A stretch of 39,619 nt of DNA. Origin: Chiloscyllium plagiosum (lineage: Eukaryota). The position numbers and the translations under genes were made by a program. Below the pieces are notes generated by a model. It worked only from the letters and a program-made list of their open reading frames with translations. It ran no database searches and was not told the DNA's origin. The DNA is taken from positions 11,497,209 through 11,536,827 of the forward strand of contig NC_057754.1 of assembly GCF_004010195.1 (NCBI RefSeq), written 5' to 3'. Of this stretch, positions 35,638 through 39,619 are shown piece after piece; the stretch's first letter is position 1; every line of letters begins with the position of its first letter.

Positions 35638-36234
35638 TAAGGTGTAGGTTTGCTCGCTGAGCTGTAGGTTTGATAGCCAGACGTTTCATTACCTGGCTAG
35701 TTAACATCGTCAGTGGCAGCCTCCAAGTGAAGCGAAGCTGTTGTCTCCTGCTTTCTATTTATATCTTTCTCCTGGATGGGGTTCCTGGCGTTCATGGTGA
35801 TGTCATTTCCTGTTCATTTTCTGAGGGGTTGATAGATGGCATTTAGATGTATGTGTTTGTTTATGGCGCTGTGGTTGGAGTGCCACGCCTCTAGGAATTC
35901 TCTGACATCCCTTTGCTTAGCCTGTCCCAGGATAGATGTGTTGTCCCAGTCGAAATGATGGCTTTTTTCATCCGTGTATAGGGCTACAAGGGAGAGAGGT
36001 TCATGCCTTTTTGTGGCTAGCTGGTGTTCGTGTATCCTGGTGGCTAACTTTCTTCCTGTTTGTCCTATGTAGTGTTTGTGGCAGTCCTTGCATGTAATTT
36101 TGTAGGTGACGTTGGTTTTGTCTATGGGATGTACTGGATCTTTTAAGTTTGTTAGTTTTTGTTTGAGAGTGTTGGTGGGTTTGTGTCCTCCTAGGATTCC
36201 GTGGGGTCTTAGTAGTCTGGCTGTCATTTCTTTA
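35638..36234 (-). mobile_element. Penelope-like element (GIY-YIG endonuclease plus terminal repeat) nested in CR1
   Basis: Open 137-aa frame with VTYKITC..C...YIGQTGR. 13-bp TSD ACCTTTAACCGTT at 35625-35637 and 36235-36247. Confidence 0.95.
35676..35717 (-). ncRNA. Minimal type I hammerhead ribozyme motif
   Basis: gcca-CTGACGA-t-GTTA...TAAT-GAAA-cg-TC-tggc with a 4-bp stem I. Confidence 0.65.
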
Positions 36235-36509
36235 ACCTTTAACCGTTACAACACATCCAGCACTTCCTCCTCTGTAATCTGGACATTTTGCAAGATGTCA
36301 CCATCTATTTCCCTACAGTCTATATCTTCCATATCCTTTTCCACATTAAATACTGATGCAAAATATTCATTTGGTATCTCCCCCATTTTCTGTGGCTCCA
36401 CACAAAGACAGCCTTGTTGATCTTTGAGGGGCCATATTCTCTCCCTAGTTACCCTTTTGTCCTTAACATATTTGTAAAATCCCTTTGGATTCTCCTTAAT
36501 TCTATTTGG

Positions 36510-37640
36510 TTGAGTTTTTTGAAGAAGTAACAAAGAATATTGATGAGGGCAGAACAGTAGATGTGATCTATATGCACCTCAGTAAGGCGTTCGACAAGGT
36601 TCCCCATGGGAGACTGATTAGCAAGGTTAGATCTCATGGAATAAAGGGAGGACTAGCCATTTGGATACAGAACTTGCTCAAAGGTAGAAGACAGAGGGTG
36701 GTGGTGGAAGGTTGTTTTTCACAATGGTGGCCTGTGACCAGTGGAGTGCCACAAGGATTGGTGCTGGGCCTTCTAAGTTCATAAGAGATAGAATTTATAA
36801 CCATCTCGAAAAGAATAATCTGATCAGGGACAGTCAGCAGAGTTTTGTGAAGGGTAGATCGTGCCTAACAAATCTTATTGACTTTTTGACAAAGTGACCA
36901 GGTAGATGAGAGTAAACTGGTTGATGTGGTGTATAGAGTGCAGATGAGCAGAGAGATCTCGGTGTCCATGTACACAGATCCCTGAAAGTTGCCACCCAGA
37001 TTTACAGGGTTGTTAAGAAGGCATACGGTGTTCTGGCCTTTATTAATAGAGGGATTGAGTTGCGGAACCAGGAGGTTATGCTGCAGCTGTACAAAGCTCT
37101 GGTACGGCCGCGCTTGGAGTATTGTGTACAGTTCTGGTCACCGCACTATAAGAAGGATGTGGAAGCTTTGGAAAGGGTGCAGAGAAGATTTACTAGGATG
37201 TTGCCTGGTATGGAAGGAATGTCTTACGAGGAAAGGCTGAGGGCCTTGAGGCCGTTCTCGTTAGAGAGAAGAAGGTTGAGAGGTGACTTAATAGAGACAT
37301 ACAAGATAATCAGAGGGTTAGATAGGGTGGACAGTGCGAGCCTTTTTCCAAGTATGGGAACGGCAAACACGAGGGGACACCACTTTAAAGTGAGGGAAGA
37401 TAGGTATAAGACAGATGCCAGAGGTAGTTTCTTCACTCAGAGAGTAGTAAGGATATGGAATGCTTTGTCTGTAACGGTAGTAGATTTGCCAAGTTTAAGT
37501 GCATTTAAGTCGTCATTGGACTGGCATATGGACGTACATGGAATAGTGTAGGTGGAATGGGCTTCAAATTAGTATGACAGGGCAGCGCAACATCGACGGC
37601 CCACAAGGGCCTGTACTGCACTGTAATGTTCTAAAAAAAA
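36510..37640 (+). mobile_element. Chimeric CR1 pieces ending in a young 3' end
   Basis: RT fragments 36510-36935, open ORF 37060-37551 (LYKALVRPRLEYC...), 3' UTR and A8 tail. Confidence 0.9.
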
Positions 37641-37689
37641 GATGCATAGTTTGTGCTAATTCAATAGTGGCTATTGCAGCCTCAACAAT

Positions 37690-38278
37690 AGCTACTTTTT
37701 TCTATCGCTTTCTCAGCTGCTCGGTCTGCTGTCTGGTTTCCTTCGAATTTTAGCAAACTTGGAATCTCTTTTGCTGGCTCCTTTTGATGGGCGTTTTTTA
37801 TTATTATTACTGCAGCATCTTTTGGCTGTTCACTGGCACGCAATCATGCCTGAATTCTTAATTGGTGTCTGATAAAGGTTCCCCCTCCGGTGACGAACTC
37901 TCTTCTATCCTCATCACTCCCATTCCACTTTGTAGTCTGCACATGTTCGTGACGGTCCACAAAGTGGGACTCCTCGGCTGTGTCTCGGGCGGTAACCTTT
38001 ACTTTCCCACATTTTCATCGCCATCTATATCCCCACAGTTGTGCAGTTCCCCTGTGTGTAGAATTCCCTCAGTTGGGTTTTCTCCTGTATCCCTAACTAT
38101 TACACGGACTGACGTGGGAGTAAAAGAACTGCCTCCCACATTGCTCTTCCCATATTGGAGACGGCCCACGGTTTCCTTGTGTTTCGCATCTCTACTCAAG
38201 TGAATTTAGTATGAATCAGTTCAGCCAATTTTGCCAAATGGAGGGAAAAGCTCCAACGGTAGTTGAATATAGTGCCAA
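37690..38278 (-). mobile_element. Endogenous retrovirus pol relic (connection and RNase H)
   Basis: Manual translation: WEAVLL..., NPTEGILHTGELHNC, then RREFVTGGGTFIRHQLRIQA*LRASEQPKDAAVIIIKNAHQK...GNQTADRAAEKA. Confidence 0.75.
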
Positions 38279-38299
38279 GATCTTTCTGACTCCCCTGAC

Positions 38300-38776
38300 A
38301 ATGAAACATCATGGTGTGGCCAGCAGAGAAAAAGCAGAATGGTGTGTTGTTTCCCTGATGCCAGGATCAAGCATGTCTCAGAGAGGGTGCAGAATGTTGT
38401 CATGGGGGAGAGAGGCCAGCAAGAGTTCATTGTCCACATCGGAACCAACGATATAGGAAGGGAAAAGGTTGAGATTCTTAAGGGAGATTACAGAGCATTA
38501 GGCAGAAATTTAAAAAGGAGGTCCTCAAGGGTAGTAATATCTGGATTACTCCCAGTGCTACGAGCTAGTGAGGGTAGGAATAAGAGGATAGAACCAATGA
38601 ATGCATGCCTGAGGAGCTGGTGTATGGGAGAAGGATTCACATTTTTGGATCATTGGAATCCCTTTTGGGGTAGAAGTGACCTGTACAAGAAGGACGGATT
38701 GCACCTAAATTGGAAGGGGACTAATATACTGGCAGGGATATCTGCTAGAACTTCTTGGGAGGATTTAGTAAGGTAA
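38300..38776 (+). mobile_element. CR1 ORF1 SGNH/GDSL esterase domain
   Basis: VHIGTND and DGLHLN..G motifs in ORF 38339-38776, directly upstream of ORF2. Confidence 0.9.
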
Positions 38777-38889
38777 GTGAGGTGGGACCCAGGGAGATAG
38801 TGAGGAAAGAGATCGATCTGAGACTGGGACAGTTGAGAACAGAAGTGAATCAAACAGTCAGGGCAGGCAAGAACAAGGTAGGACTAATA

Positions 38890-39619
38890 AATTAAACTGC
38901 ATTTATTTCAATGCAAGGGGCCTAACAGGGAAGGCAGATGAACTCAGGGCATAGTTAGGAACATGGGACAGGGATATCATAGCAATACAGAAACATGGCT
39001 CAGGGATGGGCAGGACTGGCAGCTTAATGTTCCAGGATACAAATGATATAGGAAGGATAGAAGGAGAGGCAAGAGAGGAGGGGGAGTGGCATTTTTGATA
39101 AGGGATAGCATTACAGCTGTGCTAAGGGAGGATATTCCCAGACATACATCCAGGGAAGTTATTTGGGTGGAACTGAGAAATAAGAAAGGGATGATCACCT
39201 TATTGGGATTATATTATAAACCTCCTAATAGTCAGAGGGAAATCTCAGGAGATCTCAGCTATCTGTAAGAATAATAGGCTGGTTATCAGAGGGGATTTTA
39301 ACTTTCCAAACTTTCCAGCAGGTATCAGATCTTGTGGTGGGAGAGCATTTTGGTGATAGTGACCACAACTGCCTCACATTCGACATAGCTATGGAGAAGA
39401 AGAGGATTAGGCAAAATGGGAGGGTATTTAATTGGGGAAGAGGAAACTATGATGTGATTAGACATGAGTTAGGAAGCATCGATTGGGAGCAATTGTTCCA
39501 TGGTAAAGGCACTATAGACATGTGGAGACTGTTTAAGGAACAGTTGTTGCAAGTGATGAATAAATATGTCCCTCTGAGACAGGCAAGAAGTGGTAAGATA
39601 AAGGAACCTTGGATGACGA
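38890..39619 (+). mobile_element. CR1 ORF2 APE endonuclease region, disrupted
   Basis: CIYFNARGL, GGGVA, GDFNFP and SDHN motifs with stops and deletions. Confidence 0.88.

Larger units (their letters stand above)
34471..36509 (-). mobile_element. CR1 LINE ORF2 (tether, RT, C-terminus), fragmented
   Basis: ORFs 36246, 35231, 34661 and 34288: KENPKGFYKY, PGNYRPVS, SGVPEGSVLGP, KFADD. Confidence 0.92.

Overview
Repeat-dense vertebrate DNA, most likely from a shark (inferred from HE1-like V-SINEs, CR1/HER1 LINEs with an esterase ORF1, and shark-style C2H2 exons). I found no intact host protein-coding gene. Most ORFs in the track are retroelement fragments or antisense noise. The window is a decaying zinc-finger/tRNA cluster. 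It holds several C2H2 pseudo-exons, one apparently intact tRNA-Asp(GTC), tRNA-Glu and tRNA-Leu pseudogenes, a CpG-island promoter, and a 2-3 kb block present three times (two direct, one inverted). Overlaid on this are many CR1 LINE pieces, V-SINEs, a solo LTR with a 5-bp TSD, a retroviral RNase H relic, a ~50-bp minisatellite and three Penelope-like (GIY-YIG) families. The most notable signal is that all three Penelope-like families carry minimal hammerhead-ribozyme motifs. One family occurs as short, non-coding, fold-back insertions with 14-16 bp TSDs and may also have copied neighbouring DNA. Boundaries of degenerate repeats are approximate and were read by eye.
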